Positions 56,801-64,000 of a stretch of DNA of 64,000 nucleotides are shown piece after piece (the stretch's first letter is position 1; each line of letters opens with the position of its first letter). Source of the stretch: an uncultured Treponema sp. (lineage in GTDB: Bacteria; Spirochaetota; Spirochaetia; Treponematales; Treponemataceae); contig CAMOTL010000003.1 of NCBI GenBank assembly GCA_946625725.1, positions 733 to 64,732 on the forward strand, written 5' to 3'. The translations under genes were made by a program, and so were the position numbers. The notes below the pieces were generated by a model that saw nothing but the letters and a program-made list of their open reading frames with translations, searched no databases and was not told the origin of the DNA.

Positions 56801-57241
56801 AGTGGTATTTTTGACATGAGGGGCGGAACTATCTCTGATAACACAGAACATGGTGTTCAGGTTGAAGCATATGTCAGCAGAGATGTAGGGTATAATTCAT
56901 ATTCCGGAACCTTTATGATGTCAAATTGTGCACTTGTTGCTACTACAAACGATGTATATCTGGGGTATAACAGTTATACTCATCCGTATTATAATGATAC
57001 TTATACTTCTCAGGCTCGGATTCTTATTACAGGTGCCCTTGCTGGTGATGATTACAATCCAATAAAGGCGACAATTACACCGCAAAGTTATTCAGAAGGT
57101 TTACCGGTTCTTGAAGCAGATGATACCGTATTACTGAATAATGCTGCTCCAAAATTTGCCGTAACACCTCAGACTGATGGCGATGGTAATCAGATTACCT
57201 GGACAATTTCCGATGACGGTAAGTTAGTAAAACAAGAATAA
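53801..57241 (+). CDS. Large surface lipoprotein with two InlB-B (Listeria-Bacteroides) type repeats and beta-helix repeats
   Basis: Lipobox-like LLLICSC; GYEFAGWY and GWTFAGWF...LTLYAKW; YVSPKGS and YVNTSSGSD modules; GGAIHL/GGAVYM repeats. Confidence 0.75.
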   Translation: MKNIFVNRIKLFAAAVSLLLICSCSDDFSRTVQDKNYPSKDGKTYLCLSAALSPEARSIAPKASDYAVSNLTNLVLSGKLSSDTGAETQLASASAYDIINGKNIPVSGAGNWTFTLTADLNGIPFKGTLEQEITEGSVNTLTFTLKSEQNQGGMEITFKFTGSSTEASDYKVNAVLMTQDKEEIETKTFENTADDTSAVIACSTDTTDTTFYVVYSRSVSDTESSLDAGTYYLLFEVYDKRTVVEDPLNTSDSVPLNTSRNFVRVDRGITTTAELSLTLNEVYSITYNDNGGDLAEGVKVLNYSRKSEGIKLPQMIKDGYEFAGWYDNADFSGDPVQELPLGTTGNLTFWACFTEETEEKNVLYVSPKGSETNTGSLDSIAAAVAKIIENPNPDANWTIKIDGILTGPQKIEDISEDHAASLTICGANALDSEGNPSDKIIADTNNPGSDALSISASLPVTIKDIKITKGEDGEDDPSYGVYVAYNSQIYLAGTPVIDDLYVENNEYYRDSEEPYGAISISEDLGDKASVTITPAYESHYPYFDDYDSHEVCITKYVFAIDGVSVADYCDKFKVTPKEEDSSTYFIDKYGRINKNITVTLVSSQTGQTFNKTVLYGSDPSTLNIDLNENTGWTFAGWFTSDDEGETLKDKVTLIYEEGLTLYAKWVQPLEDLYVNTSSGSDDNEGTTTAPLKTVSAAVAKIKDFGVELDYTIHVTGMSTENSTITLDESITFKTLTFEGAATVESGIVNKSYGSTPLVVETVKPVTLNNFVLKANSFVNIKNGALALYVGYGANVILGNGTKIYGSDGSDGVNTTAGKAGVYIYGATLTMNGDSAIYGFAPRYSGSSDTNGSGGVLIGYDGKLIMNGTSSIHSCSAGSRGGAIHLASGSVVMNDYASIGGEGKACSASADGGAVYMSGGEFEMNDSSSISYCTKGSNGYGSIYIAGGTFTMNDGSINNNTGGVHVAKTDSSTATFIMEDGSISNNGIGVYVACATNDSTYSGIFDMRGGTISDNTEHGVQVEAYVSRDVGYNSYSGTFMMSNCALVATTNDVYLGYNSYTHPYYNDTYTSQARILITGALAGDDYNPIKATITPQSYSEGLPVLEADDTVLLNNAAPKFAVTPQTDGDGNQITWTISDDGKLVKQE

Positions 57242-57247
57242 ACTTTC

Positions 57248-57279
57248 ACAGGCTCAGGTAAAACTGAGCCTGTTTTTTT
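57248..57279 (+). terminator. Intrinsic terminator after the surface-protein pair
   Basis: ACAGGCTCAG / CTGAGCCTGT 10-bp stem, 6-nt loop, T tract. Confidence 0.88.
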
Positions 57280-57340
57280 ATCTGTGTCCCATCCTCACGT
57301 ATCTGTGTTCATCTGTGTCTCATTTATTCCATCTGTGTCG
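57280..57340 (+). repeat. Left direct repeat, decamer-periodic (ATCTGTGTYY)
   Basis: ATCTGTGTCCC ATCCTCACGT ATCTGTGTTC ATCTGTGTCT (57280-57320), plus ATCTGTGTCG at 57331-40. Confidence 0.85.
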
Positions 57341-57476
57341 AAAAAACTGCTATATTTATTCTAAAATAACAGAAAATTATCCCTGTTTTTTGTCGGTTTT
57401 TAAAAATCAAAACAATATATATAGTGTACGTAAAAGCTAACGCAATCCGTTAATTCAATATTATTGTGGGAAAAAA

Positions 57477-58041
57477 ATGTCCGAATTTAATATAACCTAT
57501 GACGAGCGCTGGGAAAATCTTACACTGGCGAATAATTATATTTTTTACATAGTAATGCGTCATCACCCGGACGCATGCAAGCATTTGATTGAACTTTTAC
57601 TTGGCATTAAAATCGACAAAATAGAAATGCGCGGAGAGGAATCTGTGTCTTGAGGATAATTCAATCAGACTGAATGATCGTGCCTTTAAACACTTTTTTA
57701 TAGCAGAAAATTGTGTTAAAATTACAGGTAATAAAGAGATGCAGGAATTTTTTGAATTTTTACTTTCTAATAAAAGTTCAAATGGTTTTACTTCAGATTT
57801 GGGAAATTATGTTGAGGATGCAAAACATAATACCCGATGGAGGCAGCAGTATATGACATGGGAAAGAATGCAGACTTACGCAAGAGACGAAGGTTCGTTA
57901 GAAAAGGCAATTGAAATTGCCGAAAACCTCCTCAAAATGAACTTACTTACTCCAGAACAGATTGCACAGGCTGTAAATCTCCCCCTTGAACAGATTCTTT
58001 CCATAAAAGAGAATCTACTCGCAGAGCCGGCTGAAAAATAA
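57477..58041 (+). pseudogene. Rpn-family (PD-(D/E)XK_2) gene with internal deletion and frameshift; C-terminal 100-codon ORF intact
   Basis: 57477-57653 reads MSEFNITYDERWENLTLANNYIFYIVM...LIELLLGIKIDKIE...* in one frame. LEDNSIRLNDRAFKHFF...WRQQYMTWE...KAIEIAENLLKMNLLTPEQIAQAV follows in another frame. The catalytic core is absent. Confidence 0.82.
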
Positions 58042-58043
58042 AT

Positions 58044-58105
58044 ATCCGCGCCTCATTCACACGTATCCGTGTCTCATCCCCACGTATCTGTGTTCATCTG
58101 TGTCT
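58044..58105 (+). repeat. Right direct repeat with an extra 21-bp tandem unit
   Basis: 58065-58105 matches 57280-57320 at 38/41; 58044-58064 matches 58065-58085 at 17/21. Confidence 0.85.
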
Positions 58106-58171
58106 TTATAAATTCGTCTCCTGCAAAATATTCCTGTTTCTATTTCTCCGTTTTTTATGTATAATAAAATC

Positions 58172-58612
58172 ATGAACAAAATTGATATCAAATGTGTTGC
58201 TGCAAAAGGCGCTGTTATTCCGCAATATAAGACTGCAGGAGCTGCTGGTGCTGACATCTGCGCTCTTCTGGAAAGTGATGTTGTGCTCAAAAAAGGTGAG
58301 CGTGCCATGATTCCCACGGGGCTGTTTTTTGAAATCCCTGCCGGTTATGAAATTCAGGTAAGACCGCGCTCAGGGCTCGCTGCTAAAAACGGGGTTACTG
58401 TTTTAAACACTCCGGGAACCATAGATAGCGATTACCGCGGCGAAGTAAAAGTTATTCTTATCAATCTCGGTAGCGAAGACTTTACTATAAAAAACGGTGA
58501 GAGAATTGCACAAATCGTTGTTGCGCCGGTAACTTTAGGTTCATTCCAGGTTGTTGATAAACTTGACGAAACTGAACGCGGCGCCGGTGGATTTGGAAGC
58601 ACAGGAAAATAG
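58172..58612 (+). CDS. dut: dUTP diphosphatase
   Basis: [37 protein letters not shown] 58172 chosen; ATG 58157 overlaps a TATAAT box. Confidence 0.95.
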   Translation: MNKIDIKCVAAKGAVIPQYKTAGAAGADICALLESDVVLKKGERAMIPTGLFFEIPAGYEIQVRPRSGLAAKNGVTVLNTPGTIDSDYRGEVKVILINLGSEDFTIKNGERIAQIVVAPVTLGSFQVVDKLDETERGAGGFGSTGK

Positions 58613-58620
58613 TTTTTTAT

Positions 58621-60069
58621 ATGTTCCATTTGTCTGATAAAATCATCGAATTCAACAGGAAAGTTGATGAATTTTATAAAAAAATCAGATCTAAATTCTC
58701 TTCAAAATATAACGATTCAAAAGTACAGAAATCTGTACGCCATATCGAAGCCTTAGGTTATTATTACTATCGTCTGGTTCATAAAAGCAGGGCTTCCAGG
58801 GCTGTACGGGAATTCATTAATTCAAAAATAAAACCTTTTTTTAAGGACTTTAACCTCTTAAATAAAATTTTTGAACTTTTATCCCTTTTGATGTTCAAAC
58901 TGGGCTACAAAAAACAGGGCGAGTACTTATCAACTGCGATGCAGGAAAAATCCGGACTCAACCGCCACGTTTTGTACCGCTACCTTCTAAAAGAACTTTT
59001 TTTGTATTTCTTTGTAGCATTCCTGTTCTTCTTTTTTATTTTCTTTGTAAACCAGATTCTTCTGATTATCCAGAAAATCCTTGAAAAAAAGGTTCCTCTC
59101 TGGGACGTAATGCGCCTTATGACTTACGCCCTGCCGTCTATTATTGCCCAGTCGGCTCCTTTTGCCACCCTCGTAGGCTTTTTGATGTGTCTCGGCCGCC
59201 TTGTAAGTGAAAACGAAATCCTTATTCTCCGGGCGTCAGGGCAGGGATATAAAACAATTTTGATTCCTGTTGTTTCCCTGGGACTTGCAATTTCCTGCGT
59301 TTCATTTTTTGTAAACGACTATATGCTTCCGGTGGGAACCATTAAATACAATGAGCTTTACCGTTCAATCCTTCAGTCAAATCCTGCAGTTGAACTTGAA
59401 CCGAATTCCGTAAAAAAGGCCGTGGATAAAACTCTTGTAATCGGCCAGGTTAAGGACGAAAACGTAAGCGATCTGCTTTTCTTTGATACGGGCACTGACG
59501 AACAGCAGCGTATTATCGTTGCAGACGCCTCTGTCGTAAAAAAGGCCAGTGAGCCCGGCGTTCTTATGGCAATTCAGATGAATAACGCCACTGTCCTTCT
59601 TTTTGACAAGGCCCGCCGCGACAAATACGATGTTCTGACTTCTGACTCCATGCTTCTGAATGTTTTTGAATCTTCAATCAGTTCAACTTCAAATCGTGTA
59701 AGCCCCCGGGAAATGACAAGCTATGACCTTTACAAGCGAATCAAGGCTTTTGAAAAAATGGAAGGTCACTCTAAAAAACAGCTCAATTCATATAAACTTG
59801 AATACAATAAAAAGTTCTCCCTGCCGTTTGGTTCAATCTTTTTTGCCTTCCTTGCGCTTCCTCTTGCTCTTATGTTCGGAAAGCACAACGGTCAGACCAT
59901 CGGTTTGATTATTGGAATTGTTATCAGTGTTTTGTACTGGACAATGATGATTCTTGGACAGATTTTTGGTAACCGCGGTGGTTATTCAGGTTTCTGGATG
60001 ATGTGGGCCCCGAACATTACGATTTTTATTGTCGGGACATGCTTTTACGCGGGGCTTTTAAAAAAATGA
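58621..60069 (+). CDS. lptF: LptF/LptG-family permease (LptF-like), with about 110-aa N-terminal extension or a later start
   Basis: YRYLLKELF, RLVSENEILILRASG, KKFSLPFG, WAPN; paired with a second permease. Confidence 0.8.
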   Translation: MFHLSDKIIEFNRKVDEFYKKIRSKFSSKYNDSKVQKSVRHIEALGYYYYRLVHKSRASRAVREFINSKIKPFFKDFNLLNKIFELLSLLMFKLGYKKQGEYLSTAMQEKSGLNRHVLYRYLLKELFLYFFVAFLFFFFIFFVNQILLIIQKILEKKVPLWDVMRLMTYALPSIIAQSAPFATLVGFLMCLGRLVSENEILILRASGQGYKTILIPVVSLGLAISCVSFFVNDYMLPVGTIKYNELYRSILQSNPAVELEPNSVKKAVDKTLVIGQVKDENVSDLLFFDTGTDEQQRIIVADASVVKKASEPGVLMAIQMNNATVLLFDKARRDKYDVLTSDSMLLNVFESSISSTSNRVSPREMTSYDLYKRIKAFEKMEGHSKKQLNSYKLEYNKKFSLPFGSIFFAFLALPLALMFGKHNGQTIGLIIGIVISVLYWTMMILGQIFGNRGGYSGFWMMWAPNITIFIVGTCFYAGLLKK

Positions 60070-61136
60070 CGCTTGTTAAATATCTTGTCAGAAAATTTGT
60101 TCCTCTTTTAATCGGCTCTGTATTCTTTTTTGCCTTTGTACTGGTTCTTGTAGACCTTTTCATGAACCTCTGGAATTTTATTTCAAATGCTGTTCCGGCA
60201 GGCACGGTTTTTAAAATCATGGTCCTGTACATTCCAAAAACGATGTGGTACGCAGCCCCCCTTGGAATTCTTTTTGCAGTTTCTTACACGCTTTCTGACT
60301 TTTACGCAAATAATGAACTTATTGCGATTTTTGCTTCGGGAGTTCCCCTCATTAAGTTTACGGCACCTCTTCTTGTAATTTCCGTATTATTGAGTTTTGG
60401 ACTTTTTTATTTTGAAGACAAGGTTGTAGTTCCCACTTATGCAAAAAAAGTTGAATTGCAGGATTTTGCCCTTAATCAGGAAAAAACACTTAATAATGAC
60501 AAAATTGTCGTCATGAGTGAAAAGGGTAACGTTGTCTATAAGGCAGACTTTTTTGACAACTCAGCCCTCAGGCTTTACACAGTTTATATTATTATCAGAA
60601 ATGAAGACAAAACCCTGAACTGCGTTGTCCGTGCAGACAGTGCGCTCTGGGTAGAAGACCACTGGAAACTCAGCGGTGCTACCAAATACACTCTTAACGG
60701 CGACACTCTTGAAACAAGCGAAGTTGATGAAGAAACACTTAACCGTCTTACAGAAATTCCTGAAACCTTCCGTAACAACACAATCAGCGTTGAAACAGTA
60801 AACACTAAAGAAGCCAGGGCTTATATACGGCACTTAAAAAAAGCGGGCCTTCCTTATGGAGAGCCTCTGAGCGTTTATTATAAAAAGTATTCATTTCCGT
60901 TTATTCTTTTTATCGTCGTTTTTCTGTCGATTGGTTTGAGCGGAAAAACCCGTAAAAACGTAATGCTTATCAGTCTTGCATCCTGTATCAGTGCTGCTGT
61001 AATTTATTATGTTTTCCAGATGGTAACCATGCTTATGGCAAAATTCGGGGTTCTTACGCCGTTCCTGGGCGCATGGCTTCCTGTTGCGCTCTTTGTCGCG
61101 ATAAGTGTAGTTCTGCTCAAACATGCGCGCACTTAA
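60066..61136 (+). CDS. lptG: LptF/LptG-family permease (LptG-like)
   Basis: KYLVRKF, NNELIAIFASGV, KKYSFPF, AWLP; ATGA overlap with the upstream stop. Confidence 0.82.
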   Translation: MTLVKYLVRKFVPLLIGSVFFFAFVLVLVDLFMNLWNFISNAVPAGTVFKIMVLYIPKTMWYAAPLGILFAVSYTLSDFYANNELIAIFASGVPLIKFTAPLLVISVLLSFGLFYFEDKVVVPTYAKKVELQDFALNQEKTLNNDKIVVMSEKGNVVYKADFFDNSALRLYTVYIIIRNEDKTLNCVVRADSALWVEDHWKLSGATKYTLNGDTLETSEVDEETLNRLTEIPETFRNNTISVETVNTKEARAYIRHLKKAGLPYGEPLSVYYKKYSFPFILFIVVFLSIGLSGKTRKNVMLISLASCISAAVIYYVFQMVTMLMAKFGVLTPFLGAWLPVALFVAISVVLLKHART

Positions 61137-61167
61137 TTTGGCTCTTGAATTTTTATAAGGATTTACA

Positions 61168-62307
61168 ATGATTGAAAAGATTTTTGATATTGAACATGAA
61201 TCAACTGACGGAAAAAGCCGACGCGGCGTCCTGCACCTGCCTCACGGAGATGTAAAAACTCCTGTCTTTATGCCTGTGGGAACAAATGCGACTGTAAAGG
61301 CTTTGACAAAGGACGACCTTGAAGAAATCGGATTTGAAATTATTCTTGCAAATACCTATCACCTTTATTTAAGGCCGGGAAGCGATATTATTGAACAGGC
61401 CGGCGGCCTTCACGGCTTTTCCATGTGGAAAAAAAACTTTCTGACTGACTCAGGCGGATTCCAGGTATGGAGTTTGTCAAAACTCAGAAAAATTACCGAA
61501 GAAGGCGCGTACTTTGCTTCAAACATTGACGGAAGCAGGCACATGTTTACGCCCGAAAAAGTTGTAGACGTTCAGGCACAGTTTAATTCGGACGTTCAGA
61601 TGCAGCTGGACGTGTGCACCGGTTTTGGAATTGAAAAAAAAGAAGCCCTCAAGGCTCTTGAAATTACGGAAAACTGGGCTAGACGGGCCAAAGCAGAATG
61701 GCTGATCAAAAAGGACTCAGGCTATAAAGGAATTCTCCTTCCCATTGTTCAGGGAAACTTTTTTGAAGACTTAAGAAAGAGAAGTGCAGAGTTTGTAACT
61801 GAACTTGACCTTCCTGCAATTGCAATCGGCGGCCTCAGCGTTGGCGAAGCTCCCGAAGTTTTTGCTTCTACCCTCGAATACACCGTTGAACACCTTCCAA
61901 AAGAAAAGTGCAAATACGTAATGGGAATCGGAACCCCGGATTATATTCTTGAAGCAGTGCACGCAGGAATCGACATGTTTGACTGTGTGCTTCCTACACG
62001 CAATGCCCGCAACGGAAGTTATTTTACCCATGACGGTAACCTTTCAATAAAACAGGAACGCTTTGCAAAAGATTTTACACCGGTTGACCGAGAATGTAAC
62101 TGTAAGGTTTGCAGAACTTACAGCCGCGCTTATCTTCGTCATCTTTTTAAGAGTCAGGAAATTTTAAGCAGTACGCTTGCAAGTTACCACAACCTTTATT
62201 TTTTGCATAATATGATGGCAGAAATCCGTAACGCTATCGACGAAAACAGGTTTGAAGAGTATAGGACAAACTTTTTAAAGCGGTACCGGGGAGGTAACAT
62301 AGTATGA
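61168..62307 (+). CDS. tgt: Queuine tRNA-ribosyltransferase
   Basis: TPVFMPVGT, LANTYHL, TDSGGFQ, GGLSVGE, DMFDCVLPTRNARNG, CNCKVC Zn site. Confidence 0.96.
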   Translation: MIEKIFDIEHESTDGKSRRGVLHLPHGDVKTPVFMPVGTNATVKALTKDDLEEIGFEIILANTYHLYLRPGSDIIEQAGGLHGFSMWKKNFLTDSGGFQVWSLSKLRKITEEGAYFASNIDGSRHMFTPEKVVDVQAQFNSDVQMQLDVCTGFGIEKKEALKALEITENWARRAKAEWLIKKDSGYKGILLPIVQGNFFEDLRKRSAEFVTELDLPAIAIGGLSVGEAPEVFASTLEYTVEHLPKEKCKYVMGIGTPDYILEAVHAGIDMFDCVLPTRNARNGSYFTHDGNLSIKQERFAKDFTPVDRECNCKVCRTYSRAYLRHLFKSQEILSSTLASYHNLYFLHNMMAEIRNAIDENRFEEYRTNFLKRYRGGNIV

Positions 62308-63935
62308 AAAAGCTGATTGTTTTTTGTGCACTTTTATCCTTCTTTTTATTGAATTCATATTCTCAGGACGCTGAGGCTGCTTCATCAGAGCCGGAGATTG
62401 AAAAATCTGCCTCTGCCGCAACATCTTCAGAACCGACTAGTTTTTTTGACAGTGACGAACTTCATAAGCCCGGTGTAAGCGATGTTCCTGAGGCAAAAAG
62501 ACCTAAAGAGCAGGATAAGGATAAAATCGCAGAACTCGATGCAAACGATAAGGATGGCCGCAAGGAACACAGCGAAACCCTCAGATACGGAATGGAAGAT
62601 GACATTTACGAACTTATCGATAAACTTGTAAAGGACGAGGATGTTCGTTTTGTTGATGATGTTTATGATTTGTTCCAGGAAACAAAAAATCCTTCCGTGC
62701 GGGAAAAAATCCTCGAATACTTTACAAAACTTGAAGACCCGTGTCTTGAAGACTATGCGGTCATGGTCCTGAACGACCCTTACGAAGAAAAGAATTCAAC
62801 TGTAAATGCAGTTTTCCGTTATGTTCAGGCGGTTAAGACAAAACAGGCCATCCCTGCAGTTCTTACTTTAATCGAAAACGAAGAAGAAGATTATTTTAAC
62901 GGCGCCCTCACCACTATCGGGGAAATCGGCGGCCCTAAAGAAGCACTTTATCTCAGCGAATATATTGACCGCGAAGATCTGTCTGTGGGACAAAAACAGC
63001 AGCTTGTAAAGGTACTTGGTAAAATCAAGGCAGTAGAAACTTACGACAAACTTGTTGAACTTGCAGAAGACGAAGACGAAAACACCTTTATCCGTATGTA
63101 CAGTGCTGAGTCCATCGGTGCGATGGAAAAGAAAGAAGCGGTTCCTGTTCTTGTAAAACTTTACGAAGACCCTGACCCTAAACTGCGCTCTTATGTAATC
63201 AAGGGACTTGCTCATTTTAAGGACGATGAAGAAGCAAAAAAACTAATAATTCAGGCGGTGCGTGATACTCACGTATCTGTCCGGCTGGAAGCAATTGAAG
63301 CGTGCAGGGCAAACGGTTATAAGGAAGCCGTTCCTTATATGATTTACCGCCTTGAAAAAGACAAGGAAGACTCTGTTAAAAAGAAGTGTTTTCCTGCAAT
63401 TGCAGAACTTAACACGGATGAAGGAAACGAATATCTGGTTAAGCAGATTACGGACAAAAAAGTTGCCGACACTCCAAAGAGCCGTGCCGCTTCAGCCCTG
63501 CTTGAATTCAACCATGCGGGAACTGAAGAAATTCTTGCCCTTGCACGGGAAACCCTTAAGGACGACCGGAGAAAGGCATTGCGCTATGCACTTGGAAAAG
63601 AGTTTGCAAAATACAAGCGTGATGAATTTGCCCCGGTCTGCCGTGAGTATATTCAGTCCAAAGACACTTCTACCCAGGGAACCGGTCTTGATATTTATTC
63701 AAAGGGCCGTTACCCGGATGTAACACAGGATGTGAGGGATCTGGTTATAAGTGCGGCAAAGGATACCGGCAAAAAGAATGCTAATGCCAAAAAGGCAGAA
63801 CGCATCCTCGGAAGCGACGATAACGCTGTAAAAGAAGCCGAAAAAATCCGCGACGAAGAAGAGGCTAAAAAAGAAGCAAAGATAAACGCTTTGAAAAAGC
63901 CTGCCGTAAAAACAGACAGTTCAAACGCAAAATAA
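62304..63935 (+). CDS. Exported HEAT-repeat protein
   Basis: Signal peptide; repeated VRxxAxxAL-like helical units (IRMYSAESIG, LRSYVIKGL, VRLEAIEA); ATGA overlap with tgt. Confidence 0.75.
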   Translation: MKKLIVFCALLSFFLLNSYSQDAEAASSEPEIEKSASAATSSEPTSFFDSDELHKPGVSDVPEAKRPKEQDKDKIAELDANDKDGRKEHSETLRYGMEDDIYELIDKLVKDEDVRFVDDVYDLFQETKNPSVREKILEYFTKLEDPCLEDYAVMVLNDPYEEKNSTVNAVFRYVQAVKTKQAIPAVLTLIENEEEDYFNGALTTIGEIGGPKEALYLSEYIDREDLSVGQKQQLVKVLGKIKAVETYDKLVELAEDEDENTFIRMYSAESIGAMEKKEAVPVLVKLYEDPDPKLRSYVIKGLAHFKDDEEAKKLIIQAVRDTHVSVRLEAIEACRANGYKEAVPYMIYRLEKDKEDSVKKKCFPAIAELNTDEGNEYLVKQITDKKVADTPKSRAASALLEFNHAGTEEILALARETLKDDRRKALRYALGKEFAKYKRDEFAPVCREYIQSKDTSTQGTGLDIYSKGRYPDVTQDVRDLVISAAKDTGKKNANAKKAERILGSDDNAVKEAEKIRDEEEAKKEAKINALKKPAVKTDSSNAK

Positions 63936-64000
63936 TTACTCGTACATTCCGTTGAGTGTGCGGTAAAGCATATTTACCTTTGCCTTCTGTGCCTTTGAAA
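63936..64000 (-). CDS. Probable 3' end of a convergent gene beyond the right edge
   Basis: Minus frame reads SKAQKAKVNMLYRTLNGMYE* ending directly after the HEAT gene stop; too short to identify. Confidence 0.3.
   Translation of the reverse strand, partial: SKAQKAKVNMLYRTLNGMYE

Noticed and set aside
57641-57660. Programmed frameshift or readthrough restoring Rpn
   Set aside because: No slippery run is present, and the catalytic region is physically missing.
57280-58105. CRISPR array interpretation of the ATCTGTGT repeats
   Set aside because: Only two main copies about 745 bp apart, no regular unique spacers and no cas genes.
58057-58317. 86-aa minus-strand ORF ending in TDEHR
   Set aside because: Antisense to dut; the tail is just the repeat read backwards; no GxxExxY domain.

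Overview
AT-rich spirochaete chromosome segment, most likely a Treponema, judged from gene content and order. Most of it is housekeeping. From left to right: a NitT/TauT-type ABC transporter (left edge truncated), rnhB, cysteine desulfurase, aroB, tmk, the tamB-bamA-skp-mutS envelope operon, comF, cheW-DegT-like-nadK-recN, two phosphohexomutases, cdd, an HTH-EIIA protein, rimP-nusA-infB-rbfA-truB/ribF-rpsO-pnp, and dut-lptF-lptG-tgt. No rRNA, tRNA, CRISPR array or intact IS was recognised. Most notable: (1) a 7.4-kb accessory block between pnp and dut, holding two large modular surface lipoproteins and an internally deleted Rpn (PD-(D/E)XK) gene bracketed by 41-bp direct repeats built on an ATCTGTGTYY decamer; (2) a 130-bp MITE/REP-like element of three hairpins filling the gap between two convergent stop codons; (3) a TruB-RibF fusion with a degenerate kinase half; (4) a FIST protein paired with a sensor-less soluble chemoreceptor; (5) probable pseudoenzymes (a DegT-like protein lacking the PLP lysine, two M23 domains lacking Zn ligands); (6) a terminator-like rimP leader and unusual C-terminal tails on NusA and IF2. 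All family calls come from motif recognition by eye; no database search was run.
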